Assembly (NCBI RefSeq): GCF_009914755.1
Contig: NC_060943.1
DNA from: the human T2T-CHM13v2.0 reference genome, Homo sapiens
Length of the DNA: 64,000 bases
Direction: 5' to 3' (one strand)
Shown here one piece after another: positions 51,544-63,945 of this stretch. Under the pieces are notes generated by a model, which saw nothing but the letters and a program-made list of their open reading frames with translations, ran no database searches and had not been told where the DNA came from. Made by a program: the position numbers and the translations under genes. How positions within the stretch are numbered: the stretch's first letter is position 1; each line of letters begins with the position of its first letter.

Positions 51544-54500
51544 CTACCCAGAAGCATTCTGAGAAACTTCTTTATGATGTGTGCATTCAACTCACAGAGT
51601 TGAACCTATCTTTTGATTGAGCAGTTTGGAAAGACTGTTTTTATAGAATCTGCAAGTGGATATTTGAAGCGCTTTGAGGCCTATTGTGGAAAAGGAAATA
51701 TCTTCACATAAAAACTACATAGAAGCATTCTCAGAAACGTCATTGTGATGTGTGTATTCATCTCACAGAGTTGAAACATTCTTTTGATTGAGCAGTTTGG
51801 AAACAGACTTTTTGTAGAATCTGCAAGTTGATATTTGGAGCGCTTTCAGGATTATTGTGGAAAAGGTAATATCTTCACATAAAAACTACATAGAAGCGTT
51901 CTGAGAAACTTCTTTGTGATGTGTGCATTCATCTCAGAGAGTTGAACCATTTTTTTCATAGAGCAGTTTATAAACACTCTTTTTGTAGAATCTGCAAGTA
52001 GATATTTGGAGTGCTTTGAGGCCTATTGTCAAAAAGGAAATATCTTCACATAAAAACTAAACAGAGGCATTCCGAGAAACTTGTTTGTGATGTGTACATT
52101 CATCTCACAGAGTTGAACCTTTCTTTTGATTGAGCAGTTTTGAAACCCACTTTTTGTAGAATCTGCAAGTGGATATTTGGAGTGCTTTGAGGCCTTTTGT
52201 GGAAAAGGACATATCTTCACATAGAAACTATGCAGAAGCATTGTGAGAAAATACTTTGTGATGTGTGCATTCAACTCCCAGCGTTAAACCTATCTTTTGA
52301 TTGAGCAGTTTTGAATCTCACTTTTTGTAGAATCTGCATGTAAATTTTTGGAGCCATTTCTGGCCTATTTTGGAAAAGGGAATAAGTTCACATAAAAACT
52401 ATATAGAAGCATTTTGAGAAACATTATTAGGATGTGTGCATTCATCTCACAGAGTTTTACCTATCTTTTGATTGAGCAATTTTGAACCACACTTTGTATA
52501 GAATCTGCAAGTGGATATTTTAAGCGCTTTGAGGCCAATCGTGGGAAAGGAAATATCTTCACATAAAAACTACACAGAAGCATTCTGAGAAACTTCTTTG
52601 TAATATGTGCATTCATCTCACAGAGTTGAACATTTCTTTTGATTGAGCTGTTTTGAAACACCCTTTTTGTAGAATATGCAAGAGGATATTTGGAGCGCTT
52701 TGAGGCCAATTCTGGTAAAGGAAATATCTTCACATAAAAACTGCTAAGAAGCATTCTGTGAAACTTCTTTTTGATGTGTGCATTCAATTCACGCAGTTGA
52801 ACCTACCTTTTGATTGAGTAGTTTTGAAACTCTGTTTTTGTAGAATCTGCAAGTGGATATTAGGAGCACATTGAGGCCTATTCTGAAAAAGGAATTATCT
52901 TCACACAAATCTACAAAGAAGCATTCTGACAAAATACTTTGTGATGTGTGCATTCAACACACCGAGTTGAAAATTTCTTTTGATTGAGCAGTTTTGAAAC
53001 TCTCTTTTTGCAGAATCTGCAAGTGAATATTTGGAGCCTTTTGCAGCCTATGCTGGAAAAGTAAATATCTTCACATAAGAGCTACTGAGAAGTATTCTGA
53101 TAAACATTTGGTGATGTGTGCATTCATCTCATAGTGTTGAAACTATCTTTTGATTAAGCAGCTTTGAAACTCTTTTTTTCTAGAAACTGCAAGTGGATAT
53201 TTGGAGCCCTTTGCAGCCTATGGTGAAAAAGGAAATATCTTCACATAAAAACTACACAGAAGCGTTCTGAGAAACATCTTTGTGATGTGTGCATTCATCT
53301 CACAGATTTGAATATTTCTTTTGATTGAACAGTTTTGAAACACTCTTTTTGTAGAATCTGCAAGTGGATATTTGGAGAGCACTGCAGCCTCTAGTGGAAA
53401 AGGAAATATCTTCATATAAAAACTACACAGAGGCATTCGGATAATCTTCTATGTGATGTGTACAGTCATGTCACAGAGATGAAGCTTTCTTTTGATTGAG
53501 CAGATTGGAAACACTCTTTTTGTAGAATCTGCAAGTGGATGTTTGGAGCACTTTGAGGCCTAGTGGAAAAGGTAATATCTTTACGTAAAAACTACACAGA
53601 TGCCTTCTGATGAACTTCTTTTTGATGTATGCATTCAACTCATAGATCTGAACTTATCTGTTGACAGAGCACTTTTGAAAACCTTTTTTTGTAGAATCTG
53701 CAAGTGGATATTTGGAGTCCTTTGCGGCCTATAGCGGAAAAGGAAATACCTTCACATAAAACTCCACAGAAGAATTCTGTGAAACTTCTTTTTGATGTGT
53801 GCATTCGTCTCATAGAGTAGAACCTTTCTTTTAATTGAGCAGTTTTGAAACAATCTTTTTCTAGAATCTACAAGTGGATATTTGGAGCGCTTTGAGGCCA
53901 ATGGTTTTAAAGGAAATATCTTCACATAAAAACTACACAGAAGCATTCTGAGGAATTTCTTTGTGATGTGTGCATTCATCTCACAGAGTTGAAACTTTTT
54001 TTTTCATTGAGCAGTTTTGAAACACTCTTTTCGTAGAATCTGCAAGTGGACATTTGGAGCACTTTGGGGCCTATTGTGGAAAAAGATATACCTTCACATA
54101 AAAACTACACAGAAGCATTCTGAGAAATGCAAACTTCAAATGCAAACTTCTTGGTGATGTGTGCCTTCATCTCACAGAGTTGAACCTCTCTTTTGATTGA
54201 GCAGTTTGGAGTCCCTCTTTATGTTGAATCTGTAAGTGGATATTTGGAGCACTTTGAAGCCAATGGAGGAAAGGGAAATATCTTTACATAAAAAGTACAC
54301 AGAAGCATTCTTAGAAACTTCTTTGTGATGTGTGCATTCAACTCACAGGGTTCAACCTATCTTTTGATTGAGCAGTTTTGAATCTCTCTTTCTGTAGAAT
54401 CTACAAGTGGATATATGGAGCCCTTTGCAGCCTATTTTGGAAAAGGAAATATCTTCACATAAATACTACACAGAAGCATTCTGGGAAACTTCTTTGGATG

Positions 54501-57500
54501 TGTGCATTCATCTCACAGAGTTGAACCTTTCTTTTGATTGATCAGTTTTCAAACACTCTTTTTGTAGAATCTGCAAGTGGATATTTGAAGTGCTTTGAGG
54601 CCTATTGTGGAAAAGGAAATTTCTTCAAATAAAAGCTGCATGGAAGGAATCTGATAAACTTCTTTGTGATGTGTGCATTCAACTCACAGAGTTGAACCTT
54701 TCTTTTGATTGAGCAGTTTTGAAACACTCTTTTTGTAGAATCTGCAATTGGATATTTGCAGTGATTTGAAGCCTACGGTGGAAAAAGAAATGTCCTCATA
54801 TAAAAACTAGACAGAAGCCTTCTGAGAAACTTCTTTGTGATGTGTGCATTCACCTCAGAGAGTTGAAACTTTCTTTTGATTGAGCAGTTTTGAAACACTC
54901 TTTTTATAGAATATGCAATTGGATATTTGCAGTGATTTGAAGCCTACGGTGGAAAAAGAAATGTCTTCATATAAAAACTAGACAGAAGCCTTCTGAGAAA
55001 CTTCTCTGTGAGGTGTGCATTCACCTCAGAGAGTTGAACCTTTCTTTTGATTGAGCAGTTTGGAAACCGTCTTTTTGTAGTGTATGCAAATTGATATTTC
55101 GAGTACTTTGAGGCCCATGGTGGAAAAAGAAATATCTTCACATAAATACTAGACAGAAGCCTTCTGAGAAACTTCTTTGTGATGTGTGCATTCATCTCAC
55201 AGAGATGAACCTTTCTTTTGATAGGGCAGTTGTGAAACACTCCTTTGTAGAATCTGCAAGTGGATATTTGGAGTGCTTTGCGGCCCATAGTGGAAAAAGA
55301 AATATCTTAACATAAAACCAGACAGAAGCATTCTGAGAAACTTCTTTGTGGTGTGCATTTGTCTCACTGAGTTGAACATTTCTTTTGATTGAGCAGTTTT
55401 GAAACAGTCTTTTTGTAGTACCTGCAAATTGATATTTCAAGCGCTTTGAGGCCTATGGTGGAAAAGCATATATCTTCATATAAATACTAGACAGAAGGAT
55501 TCTGAGAAACTTCTTTGTGATGTTTGCATTCATATCACAGAGTTGAACCTTACTTTTCACTCAACAGTTTTGAAACATTCTGTTTGTAGAATCAGCAGGT
55601 GGATATTTGGAGTGCTTTGCAGCCTATAGTGGCAACGAAAATATCTTCACATAAAAACTAGACAGAAGCATTCTGAGAAACTTCTCTGTGATGTGTGCAT
55701 TCAGCTCACAGAATTGAACCTTCCTTTTGGTTGAGCAGTTTAGAAGCAGTCGTTTTGTGGAATCTGCAAAGGGATATTTGTGAGCCCATTGAGGCCTCCG
55801 GGGAAATAGGAAATATCTTCTCATTAAAACTAGACAGAACTTTCTGAGAAACTGCTTTGTTATATGTGCTTTCACCTCAAAAGGTTAAACCTTTCTTTTG
55901 ATTGAGCAGTTTGGAAACAGTCTTTTTGTAGAAACTGCAAATAGGTATTTGGAGCCCTTTGAAGCATAAGGTGAAAAAGGAAATATCTTCCCATAAAAAC
56001 TATTCAGAAGCATTCTGAGAAACTTCTTTGTGATGTGTGCATTCATCTCACAGAGTTGAACATTACATCTGATTGAGCAATTTGGAAACAGTCGTTTTGT
56101 GGAATCTGCAAAGGGATATTTGTGAGCCCATTGAGGTCTCCGGAGAAAAAGGAAATATCTTCACATTAAAGCTAGACAGAAACTTTCTGAGAAACTTCTA
56201 TGAGATATGTGCTTTCAACTCACAGAGTTGAAACATTCTTTTGATTGAGCAGTTTGGAAACAGTCTTTTTGTAGATTCTGCAAATGGACATTTGGACGCT
56301 TTGAGGCCTATGGTGAAAAAGGAAATACCTTCCCATAAAAATTAGGCAGAAGAATTCTGACAAACTTTTATTTGATGTGTGCACTCATCTCACAGAGTTG
56401 AAACTTTCTTTTGTTTGAGCAGTTTTGAAAAAATCTTTTTGTAGAATCTGCAATTTCATATTTGGAGCACTTTGTGGCCTATAATGGAAAAGGAAATATC
56501 TTCACAAAAAAACTAGCCAGAAGCATTCTGACAAACTACTTTGGATGTGTGCATTCATCTCAGGGAGGTGAATCTTTCTTTTCATTGAGCAGTTTTGAAA
56601 CACTCCTTTTGTAGAAATTGCAAGCAGATATTTGGAGCGCTTTGAGACCTATGGTGGAGAAGTAAATATCTTCACATAAAAAGCTAGACAGAAGCATTCT
56701 GAGAAACTTCTTAGTGATGTGTGCATTCATCTCACCGAGTTGAAACTTTCTTTTGATTGAGCAGTTTGGAAGCAGTCTTTTTCTACAATCTGCAAGTAGA
56801 TATTCGGAACGTTTTTTGTCATATAGTGGAAAAGGAAATAACTTCACATAAAAACTAGACAGAAGCATTCTGAGAAACTTCTTTATGATGTGTGCATTCA
56901 ACTCACGGAGTTTAACATTTCTTTTCATTGAGCAGTTTTGAAAAACACTTTTTGTATTATCTGCAATTGGATATTTGGAGCACATTTAGGCCTATGTTTG
57001 AAAAGGAAATATCTTCACATAAAAACTAGACAGAAGCATTTTGAGAAACTTCTTGATGTCTGCATTCATCTCATAGAGGTGAAACAATTTTGGTGAGCAG
57101 CTTTGAATCACTCTTTTTATAGATTCTGCAAGTGGATATTTGGATCGGTTTATGTTGTGTACTGGAAAAGGGAATATCTTCACATAAAAACTAGACAGAA
57201 ACATTCTGAGAAACTTCTTTCTTTTGTGTGCATTCAACTCAGAGACTTGAACCTTTCTTTTGATTGAGCAGTTTGGATACCATCTTTTTAGTGTCTGCAA
57301 ATTGATATTTGGAGCGATTTGAGGCCTGTGGTAGAAAAGGAAATATCTTCATATAAAAACTAGACAGAAGCATTCTGAGAAACTTCTTTGTGATGTGTGC
57401 ATTCATCTCACAGAGTTGAACCTTTCTTTTGATTGAGCAGTTTTGGATCACTCTTTTTGTACAATCTGCAAGTGGATATTTGGAGCGCTTTGAGGCCTAT

Positions 57501-60500
57501 GGTGAAAAAGGAAATATCTTCAAGTAAAAATTAGACAGAAGCATTCTCAGAAACTTCTTTGTGATGTGTGCATTCATCTTACAGAGTTAAAATTTTCTTT
57601 TGGTTGAGTAGTTTTGAAACACACTTTTTGTAGTATCTACAAGTGGATTTTTGGGGCGCTTTGACGCCTATTGTGGAAAAGGAAATATCTTCACTTAAAT
57701 ACTACAAAGAAGCATTCTGAGAAACTTCTTTGTGATGTGTGCAGTCATGTGACAAAGCTGAACCTTTCTTTTGATTGATCAGTTTGGAAACAGTCTTTTG
57801 GTAGTATCGGCAAATGGATATTTGGAGCGCTTTGAGGTCTATGGTGGAAAAGGAAATATCTTCACATAACAACTAGGCAGAAACATTCTGAGAAACTTCT
57901 TTGTGATGTGTGCATTCATCTCAGAGAGTTGAACTGTTCTTTTGATTGAGCAGTTTTGAAAAACTCTTTTTGTTGAATATGCAAATGGATATTTGGAGCT
58001 CTATGAGGCCTATAGCTTAAAAGAAAATATCTTCCCATAAAAACTACACAGAAGAATTCTGAGAATCTTCTTTGTGATGTGTGCATTCATCTTCATCTTA
58101 CAGAGTTGAACCTTTCTTTTGATTGAACAGTTTGGAAACACTGTTTTTGTAGAATCTGCAAGTGGATATTTGGAGCACTTTAAGGGCTATAATGGAAAAA
58201 ATATCTTCACATAAAAATTAGACAGAAGCATTCTGAGGAACTTCTTTGTGATGTGTGCATTCTTCTCACTGCGTTGAACATTTCTTTTGATTGAGCAGTT
58301 TGGAAACAGTCACTGTGTGGAGTCTTCATAGGGATATTTGAGCTCACTGAGGCCTATGGGCAAATAGGAAATATCTTCACATAAAAATTAGATGGAGTCT
58401 TTCTGAGAAATTTCTTTGTGATGTGAGCTTTCATCTCACAAAGTTGAAACTTTCATTTGAATGAGCAGTTTGGAAACTGTCTTCTTGTAGAAACTGCAAA
58501 TTGATATTTGGAGCGCTTTGAGGCCAGTGGTGAAAATGGAAATGTCTTCATATAAAAACTAGACAGAAGCTTTCCTAGAATCTTCTTTGTGATGAGTGCA
58601 TTCATCTCACATAATTGAACCTTTCTTTTGATTGAGCAGTTTGGAAACAGTCGTTTTGGAGAATCTGCAAAGGGATATTTGTGAGTCCATTGAGGCCCAT
58701 GGGATAATGGGAAATATCTTCACATAAAAACTAGATGGAAACTTTCTGAGAAGCTGGTTTGTGAGGTGTGCTTTCATCTCACAGAGTTGAAACTTTCTTT
58801 TGAGTGAGCAGTTTAGAAATAGTCTTTTTTTAGAATCTGCAAATGGATATTTGAGGCACTTTGAGGCCTATGTTGAATAAGGAACTATCCTCGCTTCAAA
58901 ACTAGACTGAAGCATTCTGGGAAACATCTTTGTGATGTGTGCACTCATATCACGGCGTTCAACCTTGCTTTAGATTCATCAGTTTGGAAACAGTCTTTTT
59001 GTAGTATTTGCAAAGGGAGATTTTGAGCATTTTGAGGTCTATGGTGAAAAAGGAAATATCTTCACATAAAAAGTAGACAAAAGCATTCTGAGAAACATCT
59101 TTGTGGTTTGTGCATTCATCTCCCAGAGTTGGAACTTTCTTTTTATTAAGCAGTTTTGAAACACTCTTTTTGTAGAAAATGCTACTGGATGTTTGGAGTG
59201 CTTTGAGGCCTGTGGTGGAAAAGGGGTATCTTCACATAAAAACCAGACAAAAGCATTCTTAGAAACTTCTTGGTGATGTGTGCATTCATCTTAGAGAGTT
59301 GAATATTTCTTTTGATTGAGCAGTTTGGAAACATTCGTTTTGTAAAATGTGCAAAGGGATATTTGTGAGCCCATTGAGGCTTATGGGAAAATAGGAAATA
59401 TCTTCACATAAAAACTTGCCAGAAACTTGTTGCAAAACTACTTTGTGATGTGTGCTTTCACCTCAAATAGTTGAAATTTTCTTTTGATAGAGCAGTTTTG
59501 AAATAGTCTTTCTGAAGAATCTGCAAATGGATATTTGGAGCGCATTGAGGCCTATGGTGAATAAGCACATATTTTCACATAAAAACTCGACAGAAACATT
59601 CTGAGAAATTCTTTGTGATGTGTGCATTCATCTCTCAGAGTTCAACCTTTCTTTTGATAGAGCAGTTTGGAAACAATCTTTTTATAGTATCTGCAAAGCG
59701 ATATGTGGAGCACTTGGAGGGCTGCATTGAAAAAGGAAATATCATCAAATAAAAACTAGACAAAAGCATTATGAGAAACTTCTTTGTGAGGTGTGCATTC
59801 ATCTCATAGAGTTGAACTATTCTTTTGATTAAGGAGTTTTGAAACACTCTATTTGTAGAAAATGGAAGTGGATATTTGGAGTGTGTTGAGGCCTGTGGTG
59901 GAAAAGGAAATATCTTCACATAAAAACTAGACAGAAACTTTCTGATAAATTACTTTGAGATGTGTGCTTTCATCTCACAGAGTTGAAAATTTCTTTTGAT
60001 TGAGCTGTTTGGAAGCATACTTTTCGTAGAAACTGAAAATGGATATTTGTAGCACTTTGAGTCATATGGGGAAAAACGAAATATCTTCATATAAAAACTA
60101 CACTGAACCATTCTGGGAAACTTCTTTCTGATGTGTGCATTCATTTCACAGAGTTGAACCTTTCTTTTGATTGAGCACCTTGGAAACAACCTTTTTGTAG
60201 TATCTTCAAAAGGATATTTGGAGTGCTTTGAGGCCTATGGTGAAAAAGGAAATATCTTCACAAAAAAACTACACAGAAGCATTCTGAGAAACTTCTTTGT
60301 GATGTGCGTATGCAGCTCCCAGAGTTGAATCTTTCTTTTGATTGAGCAGTTTTGAAACACTCTTTTTTTAGAATCTGCAAGTGGATATTTAGAGTGCTTT
60401 GAGGCCTGTGGTGGAAAAGGAAATATCTTCACATAAAAACTAGACAAAAACATTCTGAGAAACTTATCTGTGATGTGTGTATTCATCTCAGAGAGTTAAA

Positions 60501-63043
60501 CCTTTCTTATGATTCAGCAGTTTTGAAAACAGTGATTTTGTAGAATCTTCACAGGGATACTTGAGAGCCCATTGAGGCCTATGGGGAAATAGGAAATATC
60601 TTTGCATAAAAAATAGACAGAAACTTTCTGAGAAACTAATTTGTGATGTGTGCTTTTATCTCACACAGCTGAATCTTTCTTTTGATTGAGAAGTTTTGAA
60701 AGAGTCTTTTTGTAGAATCTGCAAGTGGATATTTGGAGCGCTATGAGGCCTGTGGTGAAAAAGGAAATATCTTCATAGAAAAACTAGACAGAAGCATTGT
60801 GAAAAACTTATTTGTGATGTGTGCATTCAACTCACAGAGTTGAACCTTTCTTTTGATTGAGCAGTTTGGAAACAGTCTTTTTGTACAATCTGCAACTGGA
60901 TATTTGGAGCCCTTTGAGGCCTATGGGGAAAGGAAAATATCTTCATATAAAAACTAGACAGAAGTATTCTGAGAAACTTCTTTGTGATGTGTGCATTCAT
61001 CTCACAGAGCGGAACATTTCTTTTGATTGAACAGTTTGGAAACTGTCATTTTGTAGAAACTGCAAGTGGATATTTGGAGTTATTTGCAGCCTAAGGTGGA
61101 ACAAGGAATATCTTCATGTGAAGACGAGAGAGAGGCATTCCTAGAAACTTCTTTGTGATGTGTGCATTCATCTCACAGAGTTGAACATTTCTTTTGATTG
61201 AGAAGTATGGAAACAGTCTTTTTGTAGAATCTGCAAAGGGATGTTTGTGAGTGCATTGAGGCCTATTGGCAAACAGGAAATATCTTCACATAAAAACTAG
61301 AAAGAAACATTATGAAAAACTTCTTGGTGATGTGTGCTTTCATCTCACACAGTTGAAACTTTCTTTTCATTGAGCAGTTTTTGCACAGTCTTTTTGTGGA
61401 ATCTGCAAATGGATATTTGGAGCGCTTTGAGGCCTATCATGAAGAAGGAAATATCTTCACATAAAAACCAGACAGAAGCATTCTGGGAAACTTCCTTGAG
61501 ATGTGTGCCTTCATCTCGAAGAGTTGAGACTTTCTTTTGTTAGACCAGTTTGAATACAGACTTTTTGTAGAATGTGCAAGTGGATATTTGGAGTTCCTTG
61601 AGGCCAATGGTGGAAAAGGAAATATCTTCACATAAAAACTAGATAGAAGCATTCTTAGAAACTTCATTTTGATGTGTGCATTCTTCTCACAGTGTTGAAT
61701 ATTTCTTTTTATTGAGAACTTTGGAAACAGTCCTTTTGTAGAATCTGCAAAGGGATATTTTTGAGCCCATTGAGGCCTATGAGGAAATGGGAAATATCTT
61801 CACATAAAAACTAGTCAGAAGCTTTCTGAGAAACTTCTTTGTGATGTGTGCATTAATCTCACAGTGGTGAACCTTTCTTTTGATTGAGCAGTTTGGAAAC
61901 CATCTTTTTGTAGTATCTGCATGTGGGTATTTTGAACACTATGTGGTCTATGGTGAAAAAGCAACTATCTTCAAATAAAAACTAGACAGAAGCATTCTGA
62001 GAAACTTCTTTCTGATGTGTGCATTCATCTCACGAAATTGAACCTTTCTTTTGATTGAGCAATTGGGAAACAGTCTTTTTGTAGTATCTGCAAGTGGATA
62101 TTTGGAATGCTTTGAGGCCTATGGTGAAAATGGAAATATCTTCACATAAAAACTACAGAGAAACATTCTGAGAAACTTCTTTGTGATGTGTGCATTCATC
62201 TCATAGAGTTGAAACTTTCTTTTGGTTGATCAGTGTTGAAACACTCTTTTTGTGAATCTGTAAGTAGATACTTGGAGCGGTTTGAAGCGTATGGTTGAAA
62301 AGGTAGTATCTTCACATAAAAAGTAGACAGAAGCATTCTGAGAAACTTCTTTGTGACATGTGCATTCATCTCACAGATTTGAGACTTTCTTTTAATTGAG
62401 CAGTTTTCCAAGCAGTCTTTTTGTAAAATCTACAAATGAATATTTGGAGCGCTTTGAGGTCTATGGTGAAAAAGGAACTATCTTCACATTAAACCTAGAC
62501 AGAATCATTCTGAGAAATTTCTTTGGATATTTGCATTCATCTCACAGACTTGAATATTTCTTTTGATTGAGCTGTTTGCAGACAGTCTTTTTGTAGTATC
62601 TGTAAATGGATATTTTGAGTGCTTTGTGGCCTATGGTGAAAAACGAAATATCTTCACATAAAAACTAGACAGAGGCATTCTGAGAAACTTCTTTGTGATG
62701 TGTGCATTCATCTCATGGAGTTGAACCTTTCTTTTGATTAAACAGTTTTCAAACACTCTCTTTGTCGAATCTGCAAGTGGATATTTGGAGCACTTTGAGT
62801 CCTGTGGTGGAAAGGAAATATCTTCACATAAAAACTAGAAAGAAGCATTCTGAGAAACTTCTTTGTGATGTGTGCATTCATTTCACAGAGGTGAACATTT
62901 CTTTTGATTGAGTAGTTTGGAAACAGTCATTTTGTAGAATCTGCAAAGGGATATTTGTGATCCCTTTGAGGCCTATGAGGAAATAAGAGATATCTTCACA
63001 TAAAAACTAGACAGAAGCATTCTGAGAAACTTCTTTTTGATGT

Positions 63044-63929
63044 TGTGTTCAGAATTGGTGGGTTCTTGGTCTCACTGACTTCAAGAATGAAGCCCCGTAC
63101 CCTCGTGGTGAGTGTTACAGTTCTTCAAGGTGGCGAGTCCGGTTTTTGTTCTTTCTGATGTTCAGATGTGTTCTGAGTTTCTTCCTTCTTGTGGTTTTGT
63201 AGACTTGCTAGCTCAGGAGTGAAGCTGCAGACTTTTGCGGTCAGTGTTACAGCTCTTAAGGCAGTGCATCTGGAGTTTTCCATTCCTCCCAGTGGACTCG
63301 TGGTCTCGGTCACTTCAGGAGTGAAGCTGCAGAGCTTCACCTTGAGTGTTGCAGCTCATAAGGGCAGTGTGGACCCAAAGAGTGAGCAGCAGCATTATTT
63401 ATTGCAAACAGTGAAAGAACAAAGCTTCCACAGTGTAGAAGGGTCCCCTAGCAGGTTGCCACTGCTGGCTCTGGCAGCCTGCTTTTTATTCTCTTATCTG
63501 GCCCCAACCACTTCCTGCTGATTTGTAGAGCCCAGTGGACTGTTTTTACAGGGCACTGATTGGTGCCTATACAATCCCTAAGCTAGACACAAAGGCTCTT
63601 CATGTCCCCACCAGATTAGCTAGATACAGAGTGTCAACACAAAGTTATCCAAGGCCCCATCAGAGTAGCTAGATACACGGTGTCGATTGGTGCATTCACA
63701 AACCCTGAGCTAGACACAGGATGCTGATTGGTATGTTTACACACTTTGAGCTAGATACAGAGTGTGATTGGTATATTTATAATCCCTGGGCTAGACATAA
63801 AGGTTCTCCCAGTCCCCATGAGAGTAGCTAGATACAGCATGTCAATTGGTGCATTCAAAATCCCTGAGCTAGACACAGGGTGCTGATTGGTGTGTTTACA
63901 AACCTTGATCTAGATACAGAGTGCTCATT
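63044..63929 (-). mobile_element. LTR12-family (ERV9) LTR, 5'-truncated
   Basis: Begins tgtgt.c.gaattggtgggttcttggtctcactgacttcaagaatgaagcc (reverse complement of the LTR12 3' end). Contains ggagtgaagctgcagac repeats and ~41 bp gctgattggtg..tttaca...gagctaga.acagagt repeats. Confidence 0.92.
63550..63929 (-). promoter_or_regulatory. LTR12 U3 tandem repeats with CCAAT (NF-Y) motifs
   Basis: ATTGG at 63559, 63686, 63727, 63767, 63845 and 63886. Minus-strand AATAAA at 63485-63490 (ERV9 TATA-like) and 63398-63403. Confidence 0.7.
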
Positions 63930-63945
63930 ATGTGAGCACTGGAAA

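Larger units (their letters stand above)
45404..63043 (+). repeat. Monomeric alpha satellite in opposite polarity to 1-43525 (interrupted by two L1 insertions)
   Basis: Monomers read cattctgagaaacttctttgtgatgtgtgcattcatctcacagagttgaac..., the reverse complement of the left-hand arrays. Confidence 0.95.

Noticed and set aside
111-62411. Dozens of 60-140 aa ORFs with recurring KKFLRMLLSSFYVKIFPF / KHSEKLLCDVCI motifs
   Set aside because: These are translations of the 171 bp (57-codon) alpha monomer; they recur with monomer/HOR period on both strands and have no gene structure.
63125-63521. 71 and 110 aa ORFs in the LTR
   Set aside because: Chance ORFs in LTR12 U5/R repeats; no gag/pol/env similarity is visible.
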